From positions 1,664,001 through 1,728,000 of the forward strand of contig CBDAOI010000004.1 of the NCBI GenBank assembly GCA_965198005.1: a stretch of 64,000 bases of DNA, in the 5' to 3' direction. Position 1 is the stretch's first letter. Each line of letters opens with the position of its first letter. The notes beneath the pieces are model-generated. The model searched no databases. It was not told the origin of the DNA and saw nothing but the letters and a program-made list of their open reading frames with translations. A program made the position numbers and the translations under genes. The DNA is from Spirochaetia bacterium (GTDB lineage Bacteria > Spirochaetota > Spirochaetia > SZUA-6 > Bin103). Below, in pieces: positions 30,432 through 40,276 of this stretch.

Positions 30432-31487
30432 TTGGGAGAAATACGAGTATCCTATATTGGAATTGGTAATTGCGTAAGCGCCATATTACAGGGAATTGAG
30501 TACTACAAGAATTCCGATGATACTACGGGACTTATGCACGCCGATATTGGTGGTTACAAGGTAACCGACATTGTTCCGGTTGCCGCCTTCGACGTGGATA
30601 AGCATAAAATCGGCCAAGATCTTTCCAAAGCTATTTTTGCCGAGCCCAATAGTGCACTTAGGTTTTCTGATGTCCCGAACCTTGGGGTTAAAGTGATGAT
30701 GGGACCGGTTATGGACGGCGTAACGGAGCATCTATCGCAGAAAGTAACGATAGCGGATGCAGCGGCGGCGGATATTGAAAAGGTGTTTAAACAAACCCAA
30801 ACGGAAGTGGTGGTCAACAATCTGCCTACCGGTGCGGTCGAAGCCTCCGAGTTTTATGCTACGGCAGCAATCAATTCCGGTGCTGCGTTTGTAAATGGGA
30901 TGCCAGCGCTTATCGCAAACGATGAGAGGTTCGCGAATATGGCTAAACGCAAAGGAGTTCCACTAATCGGGGACGATATCAAAAGCCAAATCGGAGGGAC
31001 CATCTTCCACAGAACTTTGTTAAAGCTATTTCTCGATCGTGGGGCTAAGATCCTGAACACATACCAACTCAACGTGGGCGGCAATACCGATTTCTTCAAC
31101 CAGTTGACGAGGAAAGAGTCAAAGCTCTTTACCAAGGGGCAAGCTTACAAGAGCTTGGTTCCTTATGAGTTTGACTTTTGGGGAGGAGCGGCGGGGCATA
31201 TCGAGCACCTACAGGACACCAAACACGCGTGGACAATCCTGGAGGGCAAAGAGTTCGGCGGTAATCCAATAAAAATTATTGCCTGGTTCGAGGTTTCGGA
31301 TAGTCCCAATTATGCAGGCTGTATGGTTGACGGCATTCGGTGTGCCAAGCTGGGATTGGATAGAAACGTCAGCGGAGTCCTCACGTCTGCTGCGGCTTAT
31401 CTGACCAAGTGTCCTCCGGAAAAAATGGACGATAACGAAGCGAAACGGCGGCTCGATGAGTTTATAGAGGGCAAACGAGAGCGTTAG
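30432..31487 (+). CDS. ino1: Myo-inositol-1-phosphate synthase
   Basis: IGIGNCVSAILQG, VAAFDVD, GDDIKSQIGGT, YQLNVGGNTDF, SK..TK, DSPNYAG..DGIRCAKL. Confidence 0.9.
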   Translation: MGEIRVSYIGIGNCVSAILQGIEYYKNSDDTTGLMHADIGGYKVTDIVPVAAFDVDKHKIGQDLSKAIFAEPNSALRFSDVPNLGVKVMMGPVMDGVTEHLSQKVTIADAAAADIEKVFKQTQTEVVVNNLPTGAVEASEFYATAAINSGAAFVNGMPALIANDERFANMAKRKGVPLIGDDIKSQIGGTIFHRTLLKLFLDRGAKILNTYQLNVGGNTDFFNQLTRKESKLFTKGQAYKSLVPYEFDFWGGAAGHIEHLQDTKHAWTILEGKEFGGNPIKIIAWFEVSDSPNYAGCMVDGIRCAKLGLDRNVSGVLTSAAAYLTKCPPEKMDDNEAKRRLDEFIEGKRER

Positions 31488-31510
31488 CGCTTGGGATACC
31501 AGGACAAAGA

Positions 31511-32410
31511 ATGAAACCCAATCTGGTTGCAGTCGGGCATTTGATGAAGGAAATGATCAGATTTCCTGGACAAACCCTTGGGCCGGTATTGGGAGGAGCC
31601 GCTGCGTACTATGCAGTTGTCGCCAGCAGGTTAGGGACGAGTACTGGAATTGTCAGCTACATAGGCAAAGATATGCCTAGTGAGCTACTTGATCCCTTAC
31701 ATCAAACCGGGGTTGATGTAAGGGGTATCAGGGTAGAAGGCAATGAAAGCAGATCGAGTGAGCTTCTTTATGACAAGAGGGGTCACAAGACCATGCGGTA
31801 CCCGGCAAAGGGGCAGCCGATCCGTTTTAGGGATATTCCGAATGACTATCTTCAAGCAGATATGATCTATGTTTGTCCTCAGGAATGGGAGGTTTCTCTA
31901 CCCGTTATTGAGCAGCTTTCAAAATCCGGCAGGCGTTTGGCGGTCGAGCTCGGTGGGTATGGGGGCGCTCACTGCAGTTATCATCCAAACAAGGAAGAAG
32001 ACACGTTTCTGAAACGATTATTGCCGTATTTTCACATCGCTAAGCTTAGTATCGAGGATGCGCAATATCTCTTTAGAGGCACGAATGGGAGGAAAGTAGC
32101 CAGAGTCCTTATTGAGTGGGGAGTTGATATAGGAATCGTTACTCTGGCTGAAAGAGGGGCAATTTTGGCCACAGAAAATGAACTTTTGGAAATCCCCCCT
32201 TTGACGCAAAAGGCGGTAGATTGTACGGGAGCCGGAGACTGTTTTGCCGCCAGTTTCGCTTTCAGTTATATAGGGGGAAACAAGGCCAAGAGAGCGGGGT
32301 TGTTTGCTTCGGCTGCGACCTCGCTCATGATTGAAAAAAGCGGAGGCTTGAGAATCCAAAGAATGCCATCCCTATATCAAGTAAATGAAAGACTCGCTCG
32401 GTCAAAATAG
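31511..32410 (+). CDS. PfkB family carbohydrate kinase
   Basis: LGGAAAY, VTLAERG, VDCTGAGDCF. Confidence 0.9.
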   Translation: MKPNLVAVGHLMKEMIRFPGQTLGPVLGGAAAYYAVVASRLGTSTGIVSYIGKDMPSELLDPLHQTGVDVRGIRVEGNESRSSELLYDKRGHKTMRYPAKGQPIRFRDIPNDYLQADMIYVCPQEWEVSLPVIEQLSKSGRRLAVELGGYGGAHCSYHPNKEEDTFLKRLLPYFHIAKLSIEDAQYLFRGTNGRKVARVLIEWGVDIGIVTLAERGAILATENELLEIPPLTQKAVDCTGAGDCFAASFAFSYIGGNKAKRAGLFASAATSLMIEKSGGLRIQRMPSLYQVNERLARSK

Positions 32411-32465
32411 AGTAGGCTAATGGAGTTGGAGAATAGATCAATGGTATTGTCAAGGGTCATGGGCC

Positions 32466-33023
32466 ATGTATTTTCGTGAGGCGATGGCAATAGTGCATGG
32501 TGAGGTGCAATCTTGCTTAAGCAAGGTCGATGAAAGCGAAGTGGGAGCATTGATCGAGCAGATAGCCAGAGCAAATAGGATATTCGTCGTCGGCGTCGGC
32601 AGGGTCATGTTGATGATTCAGGCTTTTGCCAAAAGGCTTAAGCACCTACAATTCGACTCTGTCGTAGTGGGAGAGACGATAACACCGGCTATTGGGGAGG
32701 AGGACCTCTTGATCGCTGCTTCAGGCTCAGGGGAAACTCTTACCACTATTACTGTGATGCGATTGGCAAAGAAGCACGGAGCTCAAGTCGCTTTGATTAC
32801 GGCATCCAATCAATCCACTGCCAAGGCAATTGCCGACAGCTCGGTGAGGATTCCGTGTCCCACGAAGTTTCATCGACCTGAAGAAACTCCATCCAAGCAA
32901 CCGATGACCTCTCTGTTCGAGCAATGTCTGCTGTTTTTTTGTGATTGCACTTCCCTCATGCTTCAGGACGAAATGAATATCTCCGAAGAAGATCTATGGA
33001 ACGCCCATTCCAATCTTGAGTAG
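32466..33023 (+). CDS. hxlB: SIS-domain sugar-phosphate isomerase (6-phospho-3-hexuloisomerase-like)
   Basis: IFVVGVGR, FAKRLKHL, VVGETITPAI, SGSGET, PMTSLFEQ, HSNLE. Confidence 0.85.
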   Translation: MYFREAMAIVHGEVQSCLSKVDESEVGALIEQIARANRIFVVGVGRVMLMIQAFAKRLKHLQFDSVVVGETITPAIGEEDLLIAASGSGETLTTITVMRLAKKHGAQVALITASNQSTAKAIADSSVRIPCPTKFHRPEETPSKQPMTSLFEQCLLFFCDCTSLMLQDEMNISEEDLWNAHSNLE

Positions 33024-33086
33024 AGATAGGCGTGAGGCTTCGAGCTCATCGTATCAGTGCTTGTGCATTAGGAGGTATCGACAATC

Positions 33087-34073
33087 ATGGCAGCAAGACG
33101 ATATTCAGTAGCGATAATAGGCTTCGGTCGGTGGGGTGTAGAGCTGTACAAATCATTCAGGGAGTTAGCGTATGTTGATATCGTAGCTGTTTGCAAAAAG
33201 AGAAGAGCACTTCCGACCAAGATCGATCTGGAGAATACAAAGCTGTACACTGACGTGGCAAAGATGCTTCAGACAGAGAAGCTGGATGCCGTAGTTATTG
33301 CAACCCCACCAACTGAACACCCTTTGCAAGTTAGGTTGGCAGCCGAACGGGGGATTCATGTGTTTTGTGAGAAACCGATGGCTGCATACGTCGAAGACTG
33401 CGATGAAATGATCGAGTCGTGCAAGAAAAACAATGTCAAATTGTTTATTGCTTTCAAACATCGATACGCTAAAGCGTATGCCTATTTGAAAAAGAATGCA
33501 TCGATATTGGGAAACCCTCTTTGGGCCCTGTATACGTATCCTCTATGGAAGATTCCAGACCCAGGTTGGAAATTCATCGAGGATGGATGCCGGGGGATTA
33601 TTGTCGAGAACGTAGTTCATGCAATCGACAATCTGAGATACTTGATGGGGGATGTAAAGAGGATCTATGCCGAAGGAGATACTTTCGTTTTCAAAGGAGT
33701 ACAACCTCCGGATTCCGCGATCTTTACATTAAGATTCAACAATGGAGCAATGGCTGCTATCGGGTGCGGGTGTACGTCCGAGGAACGAATCAGCAGAGAA
33801 TATCTGGACATCCATTTTGAAAACGGCATCGCCCAAGTATGGGGCTCTTTGGACTATCCGTATAATCTCCGGATCCTCATGCGGGACGAGCAGGTCATAG
33901 AGGATCACTGTTTTGATGGTAGCGACGGGATCAGAGAGGAGATTAGGCATTTTTTTCAGTGTATAGAAAAGGATGAGGAGCCCCTGGCAACCGGAATAGA
34001 TGGAAGGGAAGCAGTCAGGATCGCTCTCAAGGCAATCGAGTCGATTCGGAGCAACAAAGTGGTGAATCTGTGA
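33087..34073 (+). CDS. Gfo/Idh/MocA family oxidoreductase
   Basis: AIIGFGRWG, HVFCEKPMA, HAID. Confidence 0.9.
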   Translation: MAARRYSVAIIGFGRWGVELYKSFRELAYVDIVAVCKKRRALPTKIDLENTKLYTDVAKMLQTEKLDAVVIATPPTEHPLQVRLAAERGIHVFCEKPMAAYVEDCDEMIESCKKNNVKLFIAFKHRYAKAYAYLKKNASILGNPLWALYTYPLWKIPDPGWKFIEDGCRGIIVENVVHAIDNLRYLMGDVKRIYAEGDTFVFKGVQPPDSAIFTLRFNNGAMAAIGCGCTSEERISREYLDIHFENGIAQVWGSLDYPYNLRILMRDEQVIEDHCFDGSDGIREEIRHFFQCIEKDEEPLATGIDGREAVRIALKAIESIRSNKVVNL

Positions 34074-35197
34074 TGAAGGAGAAGGAGAAGGTAAGAGTCG
34101 GAGTCATTGGATGCGGCACCATCGCCCAAAGGGGGCACTTACCTTGGTATTGGGAGAGTCCTAGGGCAGAAATCGCTGCTGTTTGCTCTGACATTGAAGT
34201 GCAAGCAAAAGCCACCGCCAAGCGATGGGGATCGAAACAATGGTTTACGGATTATCAAGAACTGTTGGAAATAGAGGAGCTCGATGCAATAAGCATCTGC
34301 ACACCTGTTTGGTTGCACAAGGAGATTGCCGTGGAAGCGGCTAAGAGGGGCAAGCACATCCTTTGTGAAAAACCAATGGCGAGGACAGAAGAAGAATGCA
34401 GGGAAATGATCGAGGAGGCGGAGAAACAAAACGTCAAGCTCATGGTCGGTTTCATGAAGCGGTTCAATCCGGGATTTCAGAAGATCAAGGAGATCATCGA
34501 CCGGGGGATTATCGGTAGGGTCTATCATTTGGACATCCACTGGAACTTGTATTTTCCACCCAATTCTCGCCCAGCGAAAACATTTTGTGAGGAAGACCGA
34601 GTAGGAGGAGGTGTAATCTTGGATAACGGATCTCATTATATCGATACCTATCGGTGGTTTTTGGATTCGGAAATCGACACGGTGTATGCCGAGGTGTCCA
34701 AGATTATACCGGAGCGAGTTTACGAAGATCACGCCCTGCTACTTCTTCGGTTCGAAAATGGCGCAACATCAATTCTCGACATGGGTTTGAGCCGAGTGGA
34801 GTGGGTAGAGAAATCTGCCTGGGACAGAGAAGGGGTATACTCTCAACACTTCTCAGAGCTTGGTTTTATATACGGGACCGAAGGAACAATCTATTATGAT
34901 GTCCCTCCCTTCGAGTCTGTAGAAGCAGTACGAATAAAGCTATATCTAACAAAAAGACAGGGATGCGAATGGGGTGGATGGCACGAACTAGAGGTACCCG
35001 TCGTCAGGCAACCTGGCGGACCACTCAGTCCTGGGGAAGTGATCACTTATGCGTTCAAAAGTGAAATCGATCACTTCTTGGAGTGTATACAGCAAGATAA
35101 GGAGCTATCCGTAAGCGGTGAAGACGGACGGGTTGTTGCCCGAGTAGTTGCCGCTGCCTACAGATCCTCGCAAACGGGCAAAAGAACAGCGCTGTGA
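34070..35197 (+). CDS. Gfo/Idh/MocA family oxidoreductase
   Basis: VGVIGCG, HILCEKPMA, GGGVILDNGSHYID. Confidence 0.9.
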   Translation: MMKEKEKVRVGVIGCGTIAQRGHLPWYWESPRAEIAAVCSDIEVQAKATAKRWGSKQWFTDYQELLEIEELDAISICTPVWLHKEIAVEAAKRGKHILCEKPMARTEEECREMIEEAEKQNVKLMVGFMKRFNPGFQKIKEIIDRGIIGRVYHLDIHWNLYFPPNSRPAKTFCEEDRVGGGVILDNGSHYIDTYRWFLDSEIDTVYAEVSKIIPERVYEDHALLLLRFENGATSILDMGLSRVEWVEKSAWDREGVYSQHFSELGFIYGTEGTIYYDVPPFESVEAVRIKLYLTKRQGCEWGGWHELEVPVVRQPGGPLSPGEVITYAFKSEIDHFLECIQQDKELSVSGEDGRVVARVVAAAYRSSQTGKRTAL

Positions 35198-35303
35198 ACC
35201 AAGACACTTGCAAATATCGAAATATCACCCGCACTCAGCGGATGATAAGTCTCGAGCGACCTTGATCAAGAACCAGTCCGGGCGTAGAACGGGAGATGAG
35301 ACA

Positions 35304-35999
35304 ATGATGGAACGGACACCCAAATTAAGCGCTTCGATTATGTGTGCAAATCTGATGAATCTGGGAAAGGATGTTCACACTCTTCATAAAAAAGGTTTCG
35401 ACTTTCTGCATTTTGATATCATGGATGGTCATTTTGTTCCACAGATTGGGCTGGGCACGTTTTTTCTAAGGCAGCTCTGTCTCAATCAGCCGGTGCCCGT
35501 GGATGTACATCTTATGGTGACGGATCCGGAGAATTATATAGACGAATTGTGTGAAGCCGGTGCTTCGGTTATCACTTTCCACTACGAAACTGGAAAAGAT
35601 GTCTACCACATCCTGCAAATGATCAAGAGAAGGAGTGTTCGAGCCGGGATTGCCCTCAGACCATTTACTCCTATTTCTTTGCTTACCCCTCTTGTTGAGT
35701 TCATCGATTTGATTCTGCTCATGGCGTATTCACCGGGGATGCTAAACCAAGAGCCCGTACCGCATTTCGAGGACCAGATTAGGGAACTTACCAGCTTTCT
35801 CGAATCCCATGGAAAAAATCATATAGATATCGCGGTCGATGGGGGTATTTCAGAACAGAATCTATCCCAATATCGGGATGCTGGAGCTAATTTCTTTGTA
35901 TTCGGAAGCTCAGGATTGTTCATACCAGGAAAAGGATTGGAGAAACAGATTGACAGGTTGAAGAGCATCCTGTTTGAATATGAGCAAGAAAGCGTTTGA
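35304..35999 (+). CDS. rpe: Ribulose-phosphate 3-epimerase family protein (Rpe/AlsE-like)
   Basis: LSASIMCA, LHFDIMDGHFVP, DVHLMV, ITFHYE, IAVDGG, FVFGSSGLF. Confidence 0.85.
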   Translation: MMERTPKLSASIMCANLMNLGKDVHTLHKKGFDFLHFDIMDGHFVPQIGLGTFFLRQLCLNQPVPVDVHLMVTDPENYIDELCEAGASVITFHYETGKDVYHILQMIKRRSVRAGIALRPFTPISLLTPLVEFIDLILLMAYSPGMLNQEPVPHFEDQIRELTSFLESHGKNHIDIAVDGGISEQNLSQYRDAGANFFVFGSSGLFIPGKGLEKQIDRLKSILFEYEQESV

Positions 36000-36009
36000 C
36001 ACGGCGCCG

Positions 36010-36292
36010 ACACGTCGTGCCCAATGTCACACGGGTCATAATCATTTCATTCAGCACAGCTGGCTACATCCTGAGCGCGGCATCGCTGAGCTTCCTCGGC
36101 TTCGGCCTGCCGCCGGACGTCCCCGACTGGGGCGGCATGCTGAGTCGCGAGGGGCGCCAGTACATGGAGGCGGCACCGCGCCTGGCGCTCTGGCCGGGCC
36201 TGTGCCTGACGCTGGTCGTGTACAGCCTGAACATGTTCGGCGACGCCTTGCGCGACCTGCTCGACCCCCGGCTCAGGGGAAGTCAGCGGTAA
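36010..36292 (+). pseudogene. Orphan dppC 3' fragment; direct repeat of the end of 18582-19469
   Basis: 36062-36279 matches 19239-19456 with only a few synonymous changes. Confidence 0.92.
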
Positions 36293-36440
36293 ACGCGGAG
36301 CCACGCCACTGCTCGCTCACCTCGCCTGCCACGGCGAACGTCAGGCCAACAGCCGCAACACGTTGCCGGTTGGGACCGGACACGCCGAAATCGTCGAGCT
36401 GTGCGGCGGGCGCCGGCGGTCATCCGATTCGGCCCGAGAC

Positions 36441-36469
36441 TTGACGGCCCGACCGTGGATGCCTAGAGT
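36441..36469 (+). promoter_or_regulatory. Sigma70-type promoter, probably giving a leaderless mRNA
   Basis: TTGACG-17 nt-TAGAGT, with an in-frame GTG 7 nt downstream. Confidence 0.5.
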
Positions 36470-36476
36470 GGAATAC

Positions 36477-36899
36477 GTGGGTATGTTTCAGATCGGGGTG
36501 ACGGTGGCCAACCCCGCCGACGCATCCCGGAACTTCGCGGAACGATTCTGGGTCGACACCGGTGCGCTGTACACGTTCATCCCCGAAGACCGGTTGCATG
36601 CCATCGCCGTCGTGCCGTTGCTGAGCCGGGATCTGATCCTGGCCGATGGACGCCGCGACCGGCGCCTGCTCGGCGAGGCGCGACTCACCATCGAAGGCCT
36701 CGAAGGGGCTCTGACCTGTCCGATCATCTTCGCGCCGCCCGGCTCCCTGCATCTGTTGGGAGCGACGGCGCTGGAGGCGTTTGGTGTGGATGTTGACCCC
36801 ACCGCCCGGCGGCTGAAACCAATCCTCGCCATCATCGGCGGATATCTCGGCAGCATGCCGGGCGAGTCACCCGCAACGGAAGGCGTGAGGCGGACGTGA
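36477..36899 (+). CDS. Retropepsin-like (clan AA) aspartyl protease, small
   Basis: WVDTGALYT, LADGR, LLGATALE. Confidence 0.8.
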   Translation: MGMFQIGVTVANPADASRNFAERFWVDTGALYTFIPEDRLHAIAVVPLLSRDLILADGRRDRRLLGEARLTIEGLEGALTCPIIFAPPGSLHLLGATALEAFGVDVDPTARRLKPILAIIGGYLGSMPGESPATEGVRRT

Positions 36900-36919
36900 G
36901 CACGGTCGGTGCACGAACG

Positions 36920-37305
36920 TCAATCGCCGGCGAGTTCCGCGATCGCCTCGTCCAGTCGGGGAAGCAGGTCCGATTGCGCGAGCGCGCACTCCAATTGGCC
37001 AAGGAGGTCGCGGGCCTCGTCCCCTGATCCACGTCGCCACTGGCCAACAGCGAGCGCAGGTCGTCCAGATCCTTGCCACGACCGGCGAGCACCTTCATGA
37101 CGACGAGGTCGGTGGCATGGGCAACGAGTACGCCGAGCGTGTCAGCGACGGCCGACATGGGGCGCAACGTCCAGGAGCGCGCGTACTCGCTGATGGGTGG
37201 CGAAGTCAGCCCGGCGAATCTCCTCGTCCGGCCAGTCGGGTCGAGTAGCCCGTGCCGCTTCATAGAGCTGGACCGCGAGTTGCACCTTGCGCTCGACCGG
37301 CAGGC
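36920..37305 (-). pseudogene. Remnant of a small protein + nucleotidyltransferase two-gene pair
   Basis: Short ORF (PVERKVQLAVQLYE...PHVGRR) followed by only the C-terminal piece ATDLVVMKVLAGRGKDLDDLRSLL of a nucleotidyltransferase-like gene. Confidence 0.55.
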
Positions 37306-37469
37306 GCACCCGCTCCCTGCGAGCCAGCCGGGCCGGCGCCCCCCAGTCGCGTGCGCCGAGATGCGGTGGGCAGCGAGCGGTAACGCCGAGCCCCGCCGTG
37401 AGCTTGAAGCTCGCGTCCGCCGGCGGCTGTTCAGCGCTATACTGGTAGCTCGTGGCGGGACAGTGTGAA

Positions 37470-38417
37470 GTGACGTTCCCGGGGATCGCCGAGGAGACCC
37501 GGCTCCAGCGGCTGCGGCCGCCGGCGGGGCGGGTGCGGATGGTGCTCGACACCGACACCTTCAACCAGGTTGACGACCAGTTCGCGCTGGTCCACGCGCT
37601 GCTCTCCCCGGAGCGGCTGGAGGTCGAGGCGATCTACGCCGCGCCCTTCCACAATGAGCGCTCGGACGGACCGGGGCATGGGATGGAGCTCAGCTACCGG
37701 GAGATCCTGGGGCTCCTGCAGCGGCTCGGTCGCACCGCCGACGGGTTCGCCTTGCGCGGCTCGACCGACTACCTGGGACCCGGGCGGCAGCCGCGCGCCA
37801 GCGCCGCGGTACGGGATCTGGTCGCCCGCGGCCGCGCCAGCCCGGCCGGCGATCCGCTGTACGTGGTCGCGATCGGCGCGCTCACCAACGTCGCTTCCGC
37901 CCTGCTGCTGGAGCCGGGCCTCGTCACGCGGATCGTGGTGGTGTGGCTGGGAGGCCACGCGCTGCACTGGCCCGATGCGTCGGAGTTCAACCTGCGCCAG
38001 GACCTGCCCGCGGCCAGCACCGTGCTCGACTGCGGCGTGCCCCTGGTGCTGGTCCCCTGCCGCGGAGTGACCTCGCATCTGCACACCACCGTCCCCGAGA
38101 TCGAGCGCCACGTCGAGCCGCACGGCGCGCTGGGCGCCTTCCTTGCGTCCCGCTTCAGGGAGTCTGTCGCATCGCGCCGGACTCCCGCCACCGACCACCT
38201 GGGTTGGTCGCGCGTGCTGTGGGACGTGGCGACCATCGGCTACCTGCTGAATCCGGCCTGGGTGCCCACCGAGCTGGTGCCGAGTCCGGTGCTGACCGAC
38301 CAGATCACCTGGAGCGTCGACCGCCGTCGCCACCTGATCCGCTGCGCCAGCTTCGTCGACCGCGATCCGATCTTCCGCGACCTGTTCCGCAAGCTCGCGG
38401 CCGCCGCCGGCCCGTAG
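37470..38417 (+). CDS. Inosine/uridine-preferring nucleoside hydrolase family
   Basis: VLDTDTFNQVDDQFAL, AIGALTNVA, WLGG, EFNL.QD, LWD. Confidence 0.9.
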   Translation: MTFPGIAEETRLQRLRPPAGRVRMVLDTDTFNQVDDQFALVHALLSPERLEVEAIYAAPFHNERSDGPGHGMELSYREILGLLQRLGRTADGFALRGSTDYLGPGRQPRASAAVRDLVARGRASPAGDPLYVVAIGALTNVASALLLEPGLVTRIVVVWLGGHALHWPDASEFNLRQDLPAASTVLDCGVPLVLVPCRGVTSHLHTTVPEIERHVEPHGALGAFLASRFRESVASRRTPATDHLGWSRVLWDVATIGYLLNPAWVPTELVPSPVLTDQITWSVDRRRHLIRCASFVDRDPIFRDLFRKLAAAAGP

Positions 38418-38482
38418 CGCCGGCGTCAGGTGCGGCGCGCGTAGCCGAGCACGCGCCGCAACAACGCCCGATTGACCTGCGC

Positions 38483-38863
38483 CTACGCCACGTTGCCGCG
38501 ACAGTCGTCGCACAGACCGTACAGGGTGATCTCGTGTCCCTCGGTCACGAAACCGGCCGGGGCGAGCTGCTCGATGCCGCGCGGACAGCCGCTCACCTCC
38601 CACAGCGCGTTGCAGCGGCGGCACAGGAAGTGGTGGTGGTGGGGCTTGCCGGCGCGCTCGTACCGGGCCGCGGCGCCGGGCACCTCGACCGGCCGCAGCC
38701 AGCCGGAGTCCACCAGGTCGCGGATGGCGCGGTACACGGTGGCGATCCCGATGCGCGGCAGCTTGGTGCGCGCGGTTTCGTACGCCTCGGTGGGGCTCAG
38801 CGGCCGGTCGTGCGACTCGAACGCGGCCCGGATCGCCGCCCGCTGCCGGGTATGCCGTTCCAT
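38483..38863 (-). CDS. Fur family transcriptional repressor
   Basis: TRQRAAI, IGIATVYR, HHHHFLC..C, LYGLC..C. Confidence 0.92.
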   Translation of the reverse strand: MERHTRQRAAIRAAFESHDRPLSPTEAYETARTKLPRIGIATVYRAIRDLVDSGWLRPVEVPGAAARYERAGKPHHHHFLCRRCNALWEVSGCPRGIEQLAPAGFVTEGHEITLYGLCDDCRGNVA

Positions 38864-38955
38864 GCGCCGGATGAACGTACCACCGTCCGGGTGCAATTGC
38901 AAACCGGTCCCGGTCACGCCTACCCTTTCCCGCGGATCAGGACTACGATGGACCG

Positions 38956-40266
38956 ATGAGCCGGATCGCCGAGCTACTGCATGGTTGGGTCGGGTCCTGG
39001 GGCGAGTTCCCGGCACCAGCCGACTTGATTGTCAGCCAGTTGATGCTCGCAGCAGTCGTATTGATCGCCAGCATGATCGCCAACCTCGTTGCCAAACGAC
39101 TCATCCTCAAGGCGATTGGTCGCTTGGTGCGGCGCACCAGGACCCGGTGGGATGACGCAATGGTCGAGCAGCGTGTGTTCTACCGGCTTTCCCACGTCGC
39201 CCCAGCGCTCGTCATCTACCTTGCTGCGCCGCTGTTCCTCGAACTGTCCGCCGCGATCAGCAGTTTCGCGCTGGCGTACATGGGGTTCATCGGACTGATC
39301 GTCATCGGAGCCCTACTGGACACCGTCGTAGTGGTCTACAGCACGTTCGAAATCGCCGATCACAAGCCGATCCGCGGCTACATTCAGGCGGCCAGGATCT
39401 TCATCTACGTGGTTGGCGGCGTCGCCGTAATCGGCACGCTCATTCAGCAGTCGCCGTGGAAGCTGCTCAGCGGAATCGGCGCAATGACGGCGCTCATTCT
39501 GCTCATCTTCAAGGACTCGATCCTCGGCCTGGTCGCCGGAATCCAACTCTCCGGTCACGACATGGTCCGGATCGGAGACTGGATCGAGATGCCGAAGTAC
39601 GACGCCGACGGCGACGTGGTGGACATCACGCTGAACAACGTGAAGGTCCAGAACTGGGACAAGACGATCACCACCATCCCGACTTACGCCCTGGTCGCGA
39701 ACTCGTTCAGGAACTGGCGCGGTATGCAGGAAACCGGCGGCCGGCGCATAAAACGCTCCCTGTTCATCGACATGAACAGCATCCGGTTCTGTTCACCCGA
39801 GATGACCGCCCGCTTTCAACAGATCACCTTCATCAATGACTACGTCGCCGCAAAAAGCAGGGAGATCGACGAGTGGAACCGCGAGCATGGATTCAACATG
39901 GAGATTGCGGTCAACGGCCGCCGGATGACCAACATCGGCACCTTCCGCGCATACGTCTTGCAGTATCTGCGCCATCATCCGAAGATCCATCAGGATCTGA
40001 CCCTGCTGGTCCGGCAGCGACCACCCACCGAGCACGGTATCCCGATCGAGATCTACGCATTTACCAACGACGTCGCCTGGGCCAACTACGAAAACATTCA
40101 GGCTGACATATTCGACCACATCCTGGCCGTGTTGAAGGAATTCGACCTCCGCGTCTACCAGCAACCCAGCGGGCTCGATCTCAAGAGCGGCATCGATTCG
40201 CTTACGGCTGCTCCGACACGTCCGGGCGAGCGCCCCGCGCTGGCACCGGCGGCGGCTTTGCGGTAG
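38956..40266 (+). CDS. Mechanosensitive ion channel, MscS family (YbdG-like)
   Basis: FKDSILGLVAGIQ, GDWIEMPKY.ADGDV, VQNWDKTITTIP, GGRRIKRS. Confidence 0.93.
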   Translation: MSRIAELLHGWVGSWGEFPAPADLIVSQLMLAAVVLIASMIANLVAKRLILKAIGRLVRRTRTRWDDAMVEQRVFYRLSHVAPALVIYLAAPLFLELSAAISSFALAYMGFIGLIVIGALLDTVVVVYSTFEIADHKPIRGYIQAARIFIYVVGGVAVIGTLIQQSPWKLLSGIGAMTALILLIFKDSILGLVAGIQLSGHDMVRIGDWIEMPKYDADGDVVDITLNNVKVQNWDKTITTIPTYALVANSFRNWRGMQETGGRRIKRSLFIDMNSIRFCSPEMTARFQQITFINDYVAAKSREIDEWNREHGFNMEIAVNGRRMTNIGTFRAYVLQYLRHHPKIHQDLTLLVRQRPPTEHGIPIEIYAFTNDVAWANYENIQADIFDHILAVLKEFDLRVYQQPSGLDLKSGIDSLTAAPTRPGERPALAPAAALR

Positions 40267-40276
40267 GGTGGCGGCA

